The notes below the pieces were generated by a model. The model was not told the origin of the DNA, did no database searches, and was given only the letters and a program-made list of their open reading frames with translations. From Chiloscyllium plagiosum (Eukaryota), in contig NC_057719.1 of assembly GCF_004010195.1 (NCBI RefSeq), forward strand, positions 3,429,740 to 3,475,947: DNA of 46,208 nt, in the 5' to 3' direction. This document shows positions 1-12,074 of the stretch, piece after piece. A program made the translations under genes and the position numbers. The first letter of the stretch is position 1. Each line of letters begins with the position of its first letter.

Positions 1-98
1 CTCTTGCTTATCTCTCCACGCTTCAGGCTCTCTTCCTTTATTCCTGATGAAGGGCTTTTGCCCGAAACGTCGATTTTGCCTGTCCTCGGATGCTGCCT
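1..98 (+). mobile_element. Penelope-like element (family A) 3' end / pseudo-LTR with minimal hammerhead
   Basis: CTGATGA(44-50)-aGGGC-tttt-GCCC-GAAACGTC(64-71), followed by gatgctgcctga. The same tail occurs at 4240-4340, where it follows a Penelope-type RT. Confidence 0.8.
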
Positions 99-258
99 GA
101 GGGTCACTGTGCCTCAGGGCAGAGCCAAGGCTGAGAAGCCATTCCAGGAATTGAACCCAGGCTGTTGGCATCCCTCTGCGTTGCAAACAGTCATCCAGCT
201 GGCTGAGCCTGGACCAATGCTGTCGCTCACATCAGTTCAAATCATGTAGATTCTGAAG

Positions 259-415
259 GTCAAAATCCTGGAATTCCCTCCCTAAGGGCATTGTGGGTCT
301 ACCTGCAGCACATGGACTGCAGCGGGTCAAGAAGGCAGCTCACTCCCACCTTCTCAAGGGGCAACTGGGGACGGGCAATACACAGCCAACAATACTCACA
401 TCCCATGAATGAAAA
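259..415 (+). mobile_element. 3' end of a CR1/L2-group LINE (family B)
   Basis: Encodes SWNSLP...GLQR.KKAAH.HLLKG. Near-identical to 5850-6010 and, in reverse complement, to 9850-9990. Confidence 0.7.
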
Positions 416-904
416 TAGAACAAATTATTAGCTGCAAGACATGTTTGAATTGTACTGAACAAACTGATTAATACATTGTAGCTGCAAAAATTGAGACAAG
501 CATCTTACTCAAGCTCAATCACATTCAGAGTTTGAAAGCATAGTTTATCAAAGTCATTGAGATGTTTAAAGAGAATATTGATAGAGCTATAGTTCACGCT
601 GCAGTCCCTTTGGTCTATAAGGGATTCCCTTCGGCTTCTCAATCTATAGGTTTTGACATGTGAAACTGTTTGACCAGCTGATTATGAGTGTCTGATGGAA
701 AAGGTGAGCAGGGAAGAAACCTTTAATATTGTAGTTTATCTATCAGCTCCGGTGCAACAGGAAGGGTGCATGCTACATAGTCAGGTGGGTTATATTGGAA
801 GGCTATGATTGTTTTTCACTGGGGGGACATCTTCATCTTTCTACACTTTATGCAATTGTCCCTTTGGCAATCTCAACCGATGCCACAGCATATATGAATA
901 ATAT

Positions 905-1045
905 TCTGCCGGTATGATCGGTTAGAAATTTATATTCAAACAACAGAAAATGCAACAAACTTTGTTTTAACCGGCACCTTCTGACCTAGTGCTCTCGATA
1001 AACTGGCAGGAGCTTTACACCTGAAATTCCAGAGATTTACTGTAT
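905..1045. mobile_element. Possible Tc1/mariner (Tigger/pogo-like) DNA transposon end remnant
   Basis: Ends in ...ccagagatttACTG-TA, the reverse complement of a TA-CAGTAAA terminus. Nearby aaccgg motifs recur. Degenerate. Confidence 0.35.
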
Positions 1046-1572
1046 TATTGCAATCTCCACAATGTCTGAGTCGTCAGTTTTATTTAAGGCAAAGTTTCAT
1101 TATTACTAAGTGAATTATGCTATAAGTAAAGTATAGCAGTGATGTGTATACCACATGCAATACGGTTCTGTTCCTGAGCATGCGATTTTACATTGATTAT
1201 GTGGAATGGAATCAACTGAAATGATTGATTAACCGGTACATGCCTGTCCCTCTGGGTGATGGATAATAAGAAGTTTGCTGCATTGCCTACTCTGGAAGTC
1301 TGAAGTAAAACCAGGAAATGCTGGAGAAACTCAGCACTTGGGGAGGGAAGGATAGGGTCATCATGTTGAATCCAATATGGCTGTTCTTTGATCTGATGCT
1401 TTGTTGACATGAGACCACAACAAGCTGTGTAAATCTCTCTGGAACAATAAATCCCCAAATCACAGTAGGTACACACAGAGAGAAACTCCCAACTAATTTG
1501 AGGAAACATTATTGCAGTGATGGATTGGCTTTCCTAAGGAGATGTCAGAGGCCTGGCTTCATTTCAGTATTC

Positions 1573-2868
1573 AGAGTCATAGAATGAGAGGCATACAGCA
1601 CGGGGACAGACCCTCCAGCTCAACCAGTCCATGCCGACCATAACCCCAATCTAAACTAGCCCCACCTGCCTGCTCCTGGCCCATCCCTCTAAACCTTTCC
1701 TGTTCATGTACTTATCCAAATGTCTTTTAAATGGTGTAATTGGACCTGCATCTACCATTTCTTCAGGAAGCTCATTCCACACACGAATCATTCTGTTCGT
1801 AAAAAGGTTGCCTCTCGTATATTTTATAAATGTTTCTCCTTTCGCCTTAAAAATATGTCCTTAGTTTTGAACTCCCCCACCCTCGGCAAGAGACCATTGC
1901 CATTCACCTCATCTATGTCCGTCATGATATCATAAATCTCTATAGAATCACAGATGTACAGTATGGAAATAGACCATTCGGTCCAACCTGTCCATGCTGA
2001 CCAGATATCCCAACCCAATCTAGTCCCACCTGCCAGCACCCGGCCCATATCCCTCCAAACCCTTCCTATTCATATACCCATCCAAATGTCTCTTAAATGT
2101 TGCAATTGTACCAGCCTCCACCACATCCTCTGGCAGCTCATTCCATACACGTACCACCCTCTGTGTGAAAAAGTTGCTCCTTAGGTCCCTTTTAAATTAT
2201 TCCCCTCTACCTAAACCTATGCCCTCTAGCTCTGGATTCCCTCATCCCAGGGAGAAGACCTTGTCGTTTTAGCCTATCCATGCCCCTCATGATTTTTAAA
2301 ATCTCTATAAGATTACCTTTAAACTTCCGATGCTCCAGGGAAAACAGCCCTCAGCCTAATCAGCCTCTTCTTAGAGCTCAAATTCTCCAACCCTGGCAAC
2401 ATCTTTGTAAATCTTTTTAGAACCCTTGCAAGTTTCACAACATACCTTCCAATAGGAGGGAGACCAGAATTGAGCGCAATATTCCAAAAGTGGCCAAACC
2501 AATGTCCTGTACAGTGTCAATGTGACCTCCCAACTCCTATATTCAGTGCTCTGACCAATAAAGGAAAGCAGACCAAACGCCTTCTTCACTATCCTATCTA
2601 CCTGTGACTCCACTTTCAAGGAGCTATGAACCTGCACTCCAAGGTCTCTTTATTCAGCAACACTCCCTAGGACCTTACCATTAAGTGTGTAAGTCCTGAC
2701 CTGATTTGCCTTTCCAAAATACAGCACCTTGCATTTATCTAAATTAAACTCCATCTGCCACTCCTCACCCCTCAACCTCCTATGCTCTAATGAAAAAAGT
2801 CCCAGGTAATCCAGCCTCTCCTTATAATTTAAACCCTCCATTCCCGGCAACATCCTGGTAAATCTCTG
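1573..2868 (-). mobile_element. Nested CR1 (HER1-like) LINE 3' fragments
   Basis: The minus strand encodes LYRTLVWPLLEYCAQFWSP and RFTRMLPGMEGLNYKERL..LGLFSLE.RRLRG. One copy (about 1943-2765) is inserted in another. Confidence 0.9.
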
Positions 2869-2873
2869 CTGAA

Positions 2874-4340
2874 GGAGAAAGTGAGGACTGCAGAGAGTTT
2901 CAACTTCTCTTTCCAATCCTCCCACTTCCTCCAAACCAAAGGAGTAGCCATGGGCACCCGCATGGGCCCCAGCTATGCCTGCCTCTTCGTAGGATATGTG
3001 GAACAATCCATCTTCCGCAGCTACACTGCACCACCCCCCATCTTTTCTTCCGCTACATTGATGACTACATCGGCGCTGCCTCGTGCTCCCACAAGGAGGT
3101 TGAACAGTTCATCCACTTTACCAACACCTTCCACCCCGACCTCAAATTCACCTGGACCGTCTCAGACTCCTCCCTCCCCTTCCTAGACCTCTCCATTTCT
3201 ATCTTGGGCGACTGAATCAACACGGACATTGAGTATAAACCGACCGACTCCCACAACTACNNNNNNNNNNNNNNNNNNNNNNNNNNNNNNNNNNNNNNNN
3301 NNNNNNNNNNNNNNNNNNNNNNNNNNNNNNNNNNNNNNNNNNNNNNNNNNNNNNNNNNNNNNNNNNNNNNNNNNNNNNNNNNNNNNNNNNNNNNNNNNNN
3401 NNNNNNNNNNNNNNNNNNNNNNNNNNNNNNNNNNNNNNNNNNNNNNNNNNNNNNNNNNNNNNNNNNNNNNNNNNNNNNNNNNNNNNNNNNNNNNNNNNNN
3501 NNNNNNNNNNNNNNNNNNNNNNNNNNNNNNNNNNNNNNNNNNNNNNNNNNNNNNNNNNNNNNNNNNNNNNNNNNNNNNNNNNNNNNNNNNNNNNNNNNNN
3601 NNNNNNNNNNNNNNNNNNNNNNNNNNNNNNNNNNNNNNNNNNNNNNNNNNNNNNNNNNNNNNNNNNNNNNNNNNNNNNNNNNNNNNNNNNNNNNNNNNNN
3701 NNNNNNNNNNNNNNNNNNNNNNNNNNNNNNNNNNNNNNNNNNNNNNNNNNNNNNNNNNNNNNNNNNNNNNNNNNNNNNNNNNNNNNNNNNNNNNNNNNNN
3801 NNNNNNNNNNNNNNNNNNNNNNNNNNNNNNNNNNNNNNNNNNNNNNNNNNNNNNNNNNNNNNNNNNNNNNNNNNNNNNNNNNNNNNNNNNNNNNNNNNNN
3901 NNNNNNNNNNNNNNNNNNNNNNNNNNNNNNNNNNNNNNNNNNNNNNNNNNNNNNNNNNNNNNNNNNNNNNNNNNNNNNNNNNNNNNNNNNNNNNNNNNNN
4001 NNNNNNNNNNNNNNNNNNNNNNNNNNNNNNNNNNNNNNNNNNNNNNNNNNNNNNNNNNNNNNNNNNNNNNNNNNNNNNNNNNNNNNCCTTCCTAACCTGC
4101 AATCTTCTTCCTGATCTCTCCGCCCCACCCCCACTCCAGCCTATCACCCTCACCTTAACCTTCTTCCACCTATCGCATTTCCAACGCCTCTCCCCCAAGT
4201 CCCTCCTCCCTACCTTTTATCTTAGCCTGCTGGACACACTTTCCTCATTCCTGAAGAAGGGCTCATGCCCGAAACGTCGATTCTCCTGCTCCTTGGATGC
4301 TGCCTGACCTGCTGCGCTTTTCCAGCAACACATTTTCAGC
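2874..4340 (+). mobile_element. Penelope-like retroelement (family A): 5'-truncated RT, gap, pseudo-LTR with hammerhead
   Basis: FLQTKGVAMGTRMGPSYACLFVGYVE, then after a frameshift FFRYIDD, and LPFLDLSI...YKPTDSH. A short inverted tail (ggagaaagtgaggactgcaga) sits at the 5' junction. Hammerhead core CTGAAGA...GAAACGTC at 4251-4278. Confidence 0.9.
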
Positions 4341-4640
4341 TGAGTGCATAATGGCCTGGTACAGCAACTGCTCTCCCCAGGACCGTAAGAAACTACAGAA
4401 GGTGGTGTGAACACAACCCAGACCATTCCAGAAGCCAGCCTCCCATCCATGGACTCCACTTACACAGCTCGTTGCCGTGGAACATCATCAAAGACCCTCC
4501 CACCCTAGTAATGCTCTCTTCCAAATTCTTCCACCAGGCAGAAGATACGGAAGCTTGAACACAACCTACAACAGGATCAGGAACAGCTTCTTTCCTGCTG
4601 TTAATAGACTGACAAATGGACCTCTCTAACTTCAAACCTA
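4341..4640 (+). mobile_element. Rex1/Babar-type LINE 3' fragment
   Basis: AWYSNCSPQDRKKLQKVV and LPPGRRY.SL...NSFFPAV, homologous to 39840-40264. Confidence 0.75.
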
Positions 4641-4944
4641 ATGTTAATCAAATTAGATAGGATCAAGGACCTGGGGTGTGGGGGAAAGGGGGTCTGTTAA
4701 AGGCCGTTTTATCAGCTGACCCATTTGCTCGTTTGGGTTTGGGTGGCTTTCAGGAGGTAGGCAGCTCCCTCAGCAGTAATGCTACCGAGCCTCTATTGGA
4801 CACTGAAGACCCCCAATCCCGACACATTCGATTGGGTTCTTTGACTAATCAATTATTGAAGGTAACCCCGATGAAACCGAAGCCTGTGGAATCGAGGGAC
4901 AGTGGCTGCACAAATATGAAGTTGACTGTGAAACACCAAGGTAG

Positions 4945-4945
4945 G

Positions 4946-4983
<38 letters not shown>

Positions 4984-5008
4984 GAGAGAGAGAGAGCGCA
5001 AGAGAGCG

Positions 5009-5040
<32 letters not shown>

Positions 5041-5109
5041 CGCAAGAGAGCGAGAGAGAGAGAGAGAGAGACAGAGAGAGAGCACAAGAGAGAGAGAGAG
5101 AGAGAGAGA
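4945..5109. repeat. (GA)n/(GACA)n microsatellite
   Basis: Seen directly in the sequence. Confidence 0.98.
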
Positions 5110-5121
5110 AGTGGCACTTAC

Positions 5122-5379
5122 TTCTCAATCTCAGCCCACATCACTTCCTTCTCATTCCGGAGGGCTGAGAGTTCGACAGTGGCTGCGATGAATTCTGACT
5201 GGAGGCTTGTCAGCTCTGTCAGAGCGTTTTCCAAAGAACAGGACTCATCCATTGGCTTGACGCCTGCCTGGGCCCCGTTCCGCAAGACGAGAATTCGGGC
5301 TGTGCTTCCTTTGCCCAGTGACTGCTCCAAGGCCTCACTAGTGCAGTCCAGCATGCTTATTCCATTGACCTCGATTAAC
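5122..5379 (-). CDS. Internal exon: C-terminal half of PDZ domain plus coiled-coil
   Basis: Acceptor ttgtgtttgtgctccag|G and donor GAGAA|gtaagt; 258 nt, phase 2 to 2. Translates LIEVNGISMLDCTSEALEQSLGKGSTARILVLRN...LENALTELTSLQSEFIAATVELSALRNEKEVMWAEIE. Confidence 0.85.
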
Positions 5380-5479
5380 CTGGAGCACAAACACAACAAT
5401 GGCAGCCATTCTCACCCAGACAAACTTACAGCAAGTAGCTCACACGCTGATGATATCATTGCAACCAGATACTCCCGAT

Positions 5480-6135
5480 GACTGGAGAGTCCGGAACAAA
5501 GGGTCACATTCTAAGGGTAAGGGTGCATCAGTTAGGACTGAGCTGGGGTAAGATCTTCAGCCAGAGGGTCATGTGATTGTGAAACGTTCTGCCACAGAAA
5601 GTAAATAGGCCTAATCATGGGATATTTCCAAGAAGGAGTTAGATACAATTCTTAGCGATAAAGGGATCAAAGGCTTTGGGGAGATTCACCAAAAATCCTC
5701 AGACAGCACCTTCCAAACCCAGGACCACTTCCATCTAGAAGGACAAGGACAGCAGATACATGGGAACACTACCCCCTGCAAGTTCCCCTCCAAGCCCCTC
5801 ACCATCCTGACTTTGGAAATATACTGCTGTTCCTTTAGCGTCACTGGGTCAGAATCCTGGAATTCCCTCCCTAAGGGACACTGTGGGTCAACCCACAGCA
5901 CATGGACTGCAGCGGTTCAAGAAGGCAGCTCACCCCCACCTTCTCGAAAGGCAACTAGGGATGGGTAATAAATGTTGGGGCCAGCCAGTGACACCCACAT
6001 CCCACAACTGAACAGAAAAAAACCAGCAGGAACAGGTGACTGAGTTGAATGAGCAGCCATGATCATACTGAATGGGGCAGCAGGCTTGGAGGGCCAAATG
6101 GCCTACTCCTGCTCCTGTTTTCAATGTTTCTGTGG
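5480..6135 (+). mobile_element. Old CR1 3' end interrupted by a family-B LINE 3' end (5686-6020)
   Basis: CR1-type 3' motifs lie on both sides. The insert encodes VTGSESWNSLP..GLQRFKKAAHPHLL. Confidence 0.7.
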
Positions 6136-6166
6136 AATGTTAATATCATCATTCTTGCAAAACACT

Positions 6167-6528
6167 TCATAGAAGATCATAGCATCCCTACAATGTGCAA
6201 ACAGGCCCTTCGGCCTAACAAGTCCACATCGACCATCTAAAGAGTAACCTACCCAGACCCATTCCCCTACCCTATTACTCTACATTTACCCCATATCAAT
6301 GCACCTAACCTACGCATTCCTTAACATTATGGGGAAATTTAGCATAGTCAATCCACCTGACCTGCACATCTTTGGATTGTGGGAGGAAACCGGAGCACCC
6401 GGAGGAAACCCACGCAGACACGGGGAGAATGTGCAATCTCCATACAGAGAGTCGCCTGAGGCTGGAATCGAACCCCAATCCCCGGTGCTAGGAGGCAGTA
6501 GTGCTAACCACTGAGCCACTATGTCACC
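6167..6528 (-). mobile_element. HE1-type tRNA-derived V-SINE
   Basis: The minus strand has a gtggctcagtggttagcactactgcc head, a ggttcgattcc B box, a tgcgtgggtttcctccgggtgctccggtttcctcccac core and a CR1-like tail. Confidence 0.9.
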
Positions 6529-6559
6529 AACCATCATGAGGAATGATTAGTCAGCACTG

Positions 6560-7000
6560 ATCTTTGAAACTTACAAATATTTCGAATTGAAAGCCGGGAA
6601 GTTGTGTGAAACATTTATAAGAACATTAGCGGGGCACTCACCGGACTTTCACATACAGTGCAGGGCTCTGGGTGTCAGAGTAACGTCAAGGCCTTGGAGG
6701 GGGCACACTGCAGGCTTGCCAGGAGAGGTACCAGGAAGGAAGAGCTTAAATCCTGAGAAAAAAACTAGTGCAGCTCTCCCAAGAGAAGAGAAGGCTAAGG
6801 CCAAGATTTAACTGAGACAAAGAAAACTTTGGATAGAGGTGTAATTAATTCTGGCAACAGGAGAGTTGATAACCAGATCGGCAGATTTGGAACTAGTTGA
6901 CAAGACGTAAAGGAGAGAAATGAAAACTTTAGACGGTGAGTCTTTCGAACCTGACCTGCACTGCCTACAAGCGTGCTGAAGTCAGATGCACTAACAACAG
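6560..7000 (+). mobile_element. Highly degenerate CR1 ORF2 3' region
   Basis: Residual YRTL/RFTR-like motifs in CR1 order. Confidence 0.45.
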
Positions 7001-7002
7001 GT

Positions 7003-7327
7003 TAGATTAGATTAGATTCCCTACAGTATGGAAACAGGCCATTCAGCCCAAAACGTCCACACCGACCCTCCAAAGAGCAATCCACCCAGACCCATTCCCC
7101 TACGTTCACCCCTGACTAACGCACCTAACACTACGGGTAATTTAGCATGGCCAATTCACCTAATCTGCACATTTTTGGACTGTGGGAGGAAACCGGAGCA
7201 CCCGGAGGAAACCCACGCAGACACGGGGAGAATGTGCAAACTCCACACAGACAGTTGCCTGAGGCCGGAATCGAACCCAGGTCCCTGGTGCTGTGAGGCA
7301 GCAGCACTAACCACTGAGCCACCGTGC
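7003..7327 (-). mobile_element. HE1-type SINE
   Basis: Same head and core as the other copies, with a (TCTAA)n tail. Confidence 0.9.
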
Positions 7328-7756
7328 GGCTCATTGGGTTTCCACTCAGTGTAATAATTGGAGATAATCTTGAACATTAGAAATGGGAGCAGGTTCGGCA
7401 TTTATCCATCAGGGCCATGCACTTATTTCCCAAATGTTCAACTCAACATTCCCGCCTGCTTCACCTATCCGATATTCCCTAACAAACCATAAATGCATTT
7501 CTGCAATCGACGCACGTAAGGATGCACCAAGCACACTTTCTTGGGTAAAGCATTCCAATGACCCACAAACCTCCTAGTTTCCTGAAGCAAGTGTCCCCAT
7601 GGTCTAAATTCTCCAGCCAGGGCATAACAATCTTTCAGTGTTGCAGTGAGATTCACCCAGAGGGAAGTAGGGCTTTGAATGCACTGCCTGGGAGGGGAGA
7701 TGAGATGGGAAACCTCACCAACTTTAGAAAATACTTGTATGAGCACTTGAAGTTTT

Positions 7757-8103
7757 AATAGAATCCCTATGGTGTGGAAACAGACCATTCGGCCCAACAT
7801 GTCCACACTGACCCTCTGAAGAGTAATCCACCCAGACCTATTCTCCTACCCGATTAGTCTACATTTTCCCCTGACTAATGTACCTAACCTACACACCCCT
7901 AGACACTATGGGCAATTTCGCATGGCCAATTCACCCTAACGTGCACATCTTTGGACAGTGGGAGGAAACCAGAGCACCCAGAGGAAACCACACAGACACA
8001 GGGAGAATGAACAAACTCCACAGAGTCATCCAAGGGTGAATTCGAACCTGGGTCCCTGGCACCGTGAGGCAGCAATGCAAACTACTGAGGTACTGTGACA
8101 CCC
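7757..8103 (-). mobile_element. HE1-type SINE
   Basis: Diverged copy of the same family. Confidence 0.85.
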
Positions 8104-8436
8104 AGTGTTTTATTGGAGCAGGTTCAAAGGCTCAAGTAGCCTACTCCTGCCCCTATTTTCCATGTTTCAAACTGAGTAGAGGCCCAGTTATTCAGCCTGT
8201 TCCTGCAGGACAACCTTTTTACTCCAGAAACCATTGCAGTGAATTTTCCTGGAGTGTCCCCAAGGCAAATACATCTCTACTTGGGTATAGAGACAAAAAC
8301 TGGACCCCAGGGCTCACAAACACCCAACAGATTTCGAGCAATTCTGATTTGTCCTTGTACTCCTGCCTCCCTGTACGACAGAGTCACATAATGTTTCCCT
8401 TCTGAATTCCTTGCCATATCGGTGTGCTAACTGCCT

Positions 8437-8900
8437 TAGAGTCATAGAGTTGCACAGCACAGAAACAGACCCTTCGGTCCAACTCGTCTATGCCGACCAG
8501 ATATCCTAAATTAATTTAGTCCCACCTGCCAGCATTTGGCCCATATCCCTCTAAACCCTTCCTATTCATATACCCATCCAGGTGCCTCTTAAATGCTGTA
8601 ATCATACCAGCCTCCACCACTTCCTCTGGCAGCTCATTCCATACATGTACACCACTTCCTCTGGCAGCTCATTCCATACATGTACCACCCTCTGTGTGAA
8701 GAAGTTGCCCCTCAGATCCCTTTTATATCTTTCCCCTCTCACCTTAAACCTATGCCGTCTAGTTCTGGACTCTCCCACCCCAGGGAAAAGACCTTGTCTA
8801 TTTATCCTATCCATGCCCCTCATGATTTTATAAACCTCTATAAGGTCACCCCTCAGCCTCTGACATTCCAGCCTTAGTCTATTCAGACTCTCCCTATAGC
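8437..8900 (-). mobile_element. CR1 LINE 3' end
   Basis: RLRGDLIEVYKIMRGMDR...RGNFFTQRVVHVWNELPEEVV, with a short internal tandem duplication at about 8616-8690. Confidence 0.9.
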
Positions 8901-9469
8901 TCATCATCTCTCTGAGCATTGACATTTTGCATCTGTTAGAAAATACACTTTTTCTCTATCTACACAGAAAATAGGAACAGGAGTAGGCCATTCGGCCCTT
9001 CGAGGCTGCAGCACCTTTTATATGATCATGGCTGATTGTCCAAATCAGTCTCATTCCCACTTTCATCCCATATCCTTTGATTCCATTAGTCCCAAGAACT
9101 ATATATAACTCCTTCTTGTAAACATTTCACATTTTGGTATCAATTGCTTTCCTTGGTAGAGCGTTCCCCAGGTTTATCAGTTTGCTGCTTGACTCCTTTA
9201 TTGATCCAAAATCTGTCAAGCGTAGCCCTGACCCAACCTCAGCTGTTTCCTGTGGAAGACAATTCCAAAGACAACCTTCCGAGAGAGAAAAGAGCAAATC
9301 CTCACTCAGTCTTAAATGGGAGACCCCTCATTACTCTGGAAATGTGCCCTGAAGCAAGGATTTGTGTCTGGGGGGTAACGAAGGTGTCGGGTTAGAAATG
9401 GAGTGAATGCTTCATAGACAGCGGAAGTTATAGAAATAGACACAGAGATAAGAGAACTGTAGGGTTAGA

Positions 9470-9765
9470 CATAGGCTTATTTAAGGAGACTAAAGAGACT
9501 AAGAATACATTTTTAAAAAAGACACGAGAGGCAAATTATTTACACAGAGGGTGGTTCGCGTGTGGAGTGAACCTCCTGAGGAAGTGATGGATGCGGGTAC
9601 AGTTACAATGTTTAAAAGACATTTGGATGGATACATGAAGAGGAAAGGTTTGGAGGGATATGGGCCAGGAGCAGGCCGGTGGGAAAGGCTTACTTTGGAA
9701 TTCTGTTTGGCATGGACTAGTTGGACTAAAGAGTCTCTCTCCATGCTATATGACTCAATGATTCT
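9470..9765 (+). mobile_element. CR1 LINE 3' end
   Basis: FTQRVVRVWSEPPEEVMDAG..FKRHLDGYM plus the 3' UTR. Confidence 0.85.
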
Positions 9766-9834
9766 CTGAAGGAGCTGTGGGGTTTGCCACAGATGGACAG
9801 AGACGTGGGTTTACAGATAGATAGCTGGATGTTT

Positions 9835-9995
9835 TGTTTTAAAATTCATCTGTGGGATGTGGGTATCACTGGCTGGGTTCAGCATTTATTACCCGTCCCC
9901 CTAGTTGCCCCTTGAGAAGGTGGGGGTGAGCTGCCTTCTTGAACGGTTCCATGTGCTGTGGGTTGACCCACAATGCCCTTGGGGAGGGAGTTCTG
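9835..9995 (-). mobile_element. Family-B LINE 3' end
   Basis: Reverse complement of 259-415. Confidence 0.7.
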
Positions 9996-10202
9996 TGAAT
10001 GTATTTTGGGATAATCAGACAGAATGAATGAGGAATAAGGCACTGCACAGAGTTTAGTGGGAGATGATTAGAGAGAGGGAATACTGCCACTTGGTCAATG
10101 ATCCCTGAGTGAGTCAACTGAAGATAAATGATTAAACACAGAGGTAGAGGTTGGCTATCTATGAACCAGCCGACCTTCCGGAAGGGTCTTTGTTGTACTT
10201 AC

Positions 10203-10326
10203 AGGTCCCCGGCTGTGAGGGTTGGTATGACAGATGACGTCACCATGGGAATTCCCGTTGAGTCAGTGTTCACCGTGAAACCCCACTCTCTGAAATCCAG
10301 ATCAATAGTCACCTGCAGTAACTGGG
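10203..10326 (-). CDS. Internal exon: N-terminal half of PDZ domain
   Basis: Donor GACCT|gtaagt (phase 2) joins the 5379 exon to give GDLLIEVNG. Best acceptor is ctctgtcctcggtcgtgccctcctcag|CC (phase 1); in-frame phase-0 alternatives start at 10363 and 10378. Translates QLLQVTIDLDFREWGFTVNTDSTGIPMVTSSVIPTLTAGD. Confidence 0.8.
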
Positions 10327-10519
10327 CTGAGGAGGGCACGACCGAGGACAGAGGCTTCCTCCCCTGATGCAGCATGTTCTGTTTAATTAAAACGGACGTG
10401 AGAACCTCATGCTTTTTCTGCCCGGAAGAGAAAGCACAGCCTTTTGGGTGACAAATTAATTGAGCGATACAATTCATCCTTCTGCTCCAGAAAGGCTTCT
10501 CATTCCCAAATGGACACCA

Positions 10520-10620
10520 GGAGAAAGTGAGGACTGCAAATGCTGGAGACTAGAGTCGAGAGTGGGCTGCTGGAAAAACACAGCAGGGCATCCTCGGATT
10601 TTCCAGCAGCCCACTCTCGA
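10520..10620. mobile_element. Penelope family A fold-back mini-insertion with 15-bp TSD
   Basis: Arms gtcgagagtgggctgctggaaaa / ttttccagcagcccactctcgac. Flanks cccaaatggacacca / cccagatggacacca. Confidence 0.8.
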
Positions 10621-10849
10621 CCCAGATGGACACCACGAAGCATTTTACAGTCTCGGGGGACGGTTTGCAGGCGAAAGAGAAGGTTTGGGTGGAAAGTTAT
10701 GTAGATATTCAGAACTTGCATTTATATAGCAGCCATCCACAATCCATTTGTTGAGAGAAGCTAAAAGGGTCTGATCACACGACCGAGAGTATTCCACATG
10801 TCCCCAAGTTGTTGGAAGGAAAATAAAGGTGTAAATCTGTAGGGAAATG

Positions 10850-11052
10850 GTCAGCAGTCACACAACACCAGGTTATAGTCCAACAGGTTTATTTAAAATC
10901 ACAAGCTTTTGGAACAGGTGAAGTGACTCTACATGATGAAGGAGCAGCGCTCCAAAATCTTATGATTTCAAATAAACCTGTTGGACTATAACTGGTGTTG
11001 TGTGGCTTCTGACTTTATCCACCCCAGTCCAACACCGGCACCTCTACATCAT
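10850..11052. mobile_element. Penelope-like family B fold-back insertion
   Basis: Inverted arms cacacaacaccaggttatagtccaacaggtttattt / aaataaacctgttggactataactggtgttgtgtg. Decayed hammerhead at about 10932-10960. Confidence 0.75.
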
Positions 11053-12074
11053 ATGGGGAAATAACAGAGAAAAGCAAGAGGTATCGAGTGGTATATGAGA
11101 GAGGAGTTTCAATTTCCCAGACATTGTGTGGGATATGTTAGTGCACAGGATGAGTGGAAGAATTCAAAAATGTGTTCAGGAGACATTTCTTCACATGTGC
11201 AAACAAAGTAACTTTTTCATGCAAAGTAGTTAGGGTGTGGAATGCATTGTGTGGATTGTAATGGTGTGCAGGGGAATGGGGGAAAAGGCAGGGGATAATA
11301 GAGCCAGTGCAAGCATGATGGGTCAAATGGCCTCCTTCTGGGTAACATTCTGTGATGTACGTTGGTATTTACTGCACCATAAAACCATAGAGTCAGACAG
11401 CATGGAAACAGACCCTTCAGTCCTACCCGTACACGCTGACTACATTTCCCAAACTGAACTGGCCCCACTTGTCTGCATTTGGCCCATATCCCTCTAAACC
11501 TTTCCTATTCATACACCTGTCCAAATGGCTTTTAAACGTTGCAATTCAACCTGCATCTACCACCTCCCCTGGCAATTCATTCCATACACAAACTACCTTC
11601 TGTGTGAAAAAGTTGCCCCTCAGGTTCTTTGTCAATCTTTCTCCTTTCACCTTCAAAAATATACGTCCTAGTTTTGAACTCCCTCACCCTAGGGAAAAAG
11701 ACTTTTGCTATTCACCTTATCTATGCCCCAACGTTGCAATTCAACCTGCATCTACCACCTCCCCTGGCAATTCATTCCATACACAAACTACCTTCTGTGT
11801 GAAAAAGTTGCCCCTCATGTTCCTTGTCAATCTTTCTCCTTTCACCTTCAAAAATATACCTCCTAGTTTTGAACTCCCTCACCCTAGGGAAAAGACTTTT
11901 GCTATTCACCTTATCTATGCCCCTCATGATTCTATAAACCTCAATAAGGTCAACCCTCAACCTCCTATGCTCCAATGAAAAAGTTCCAAGCTATCCAACC
12001 CCACCTTATAACTCAAAGCCACCAGCCCTGGCAATATTCTGGTAAATCTTTTCTGAACCCTCTCAAATTTAATA

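Noticed and set aside
3217..4198. Long ORFs full of X, also at 12.7-13.1 kb, 20.2-20.4 kb and 24.7-25.6 kb
   Set aside because: Artefacts of N gaps and microsatellites.
4853..4883. Candidate terminal exon (KLRFHRGYLQ*); an alternative acceptor at 691 gives KHS*
   Set aside because: The acceptors are plausible but there is no homology or other support to choose between them.
4676..5191. 171-aa + strand ORF with RE repeats
   Set aside because: Driven by the GA microsatellite, and partly antisense to a better-supported exon.
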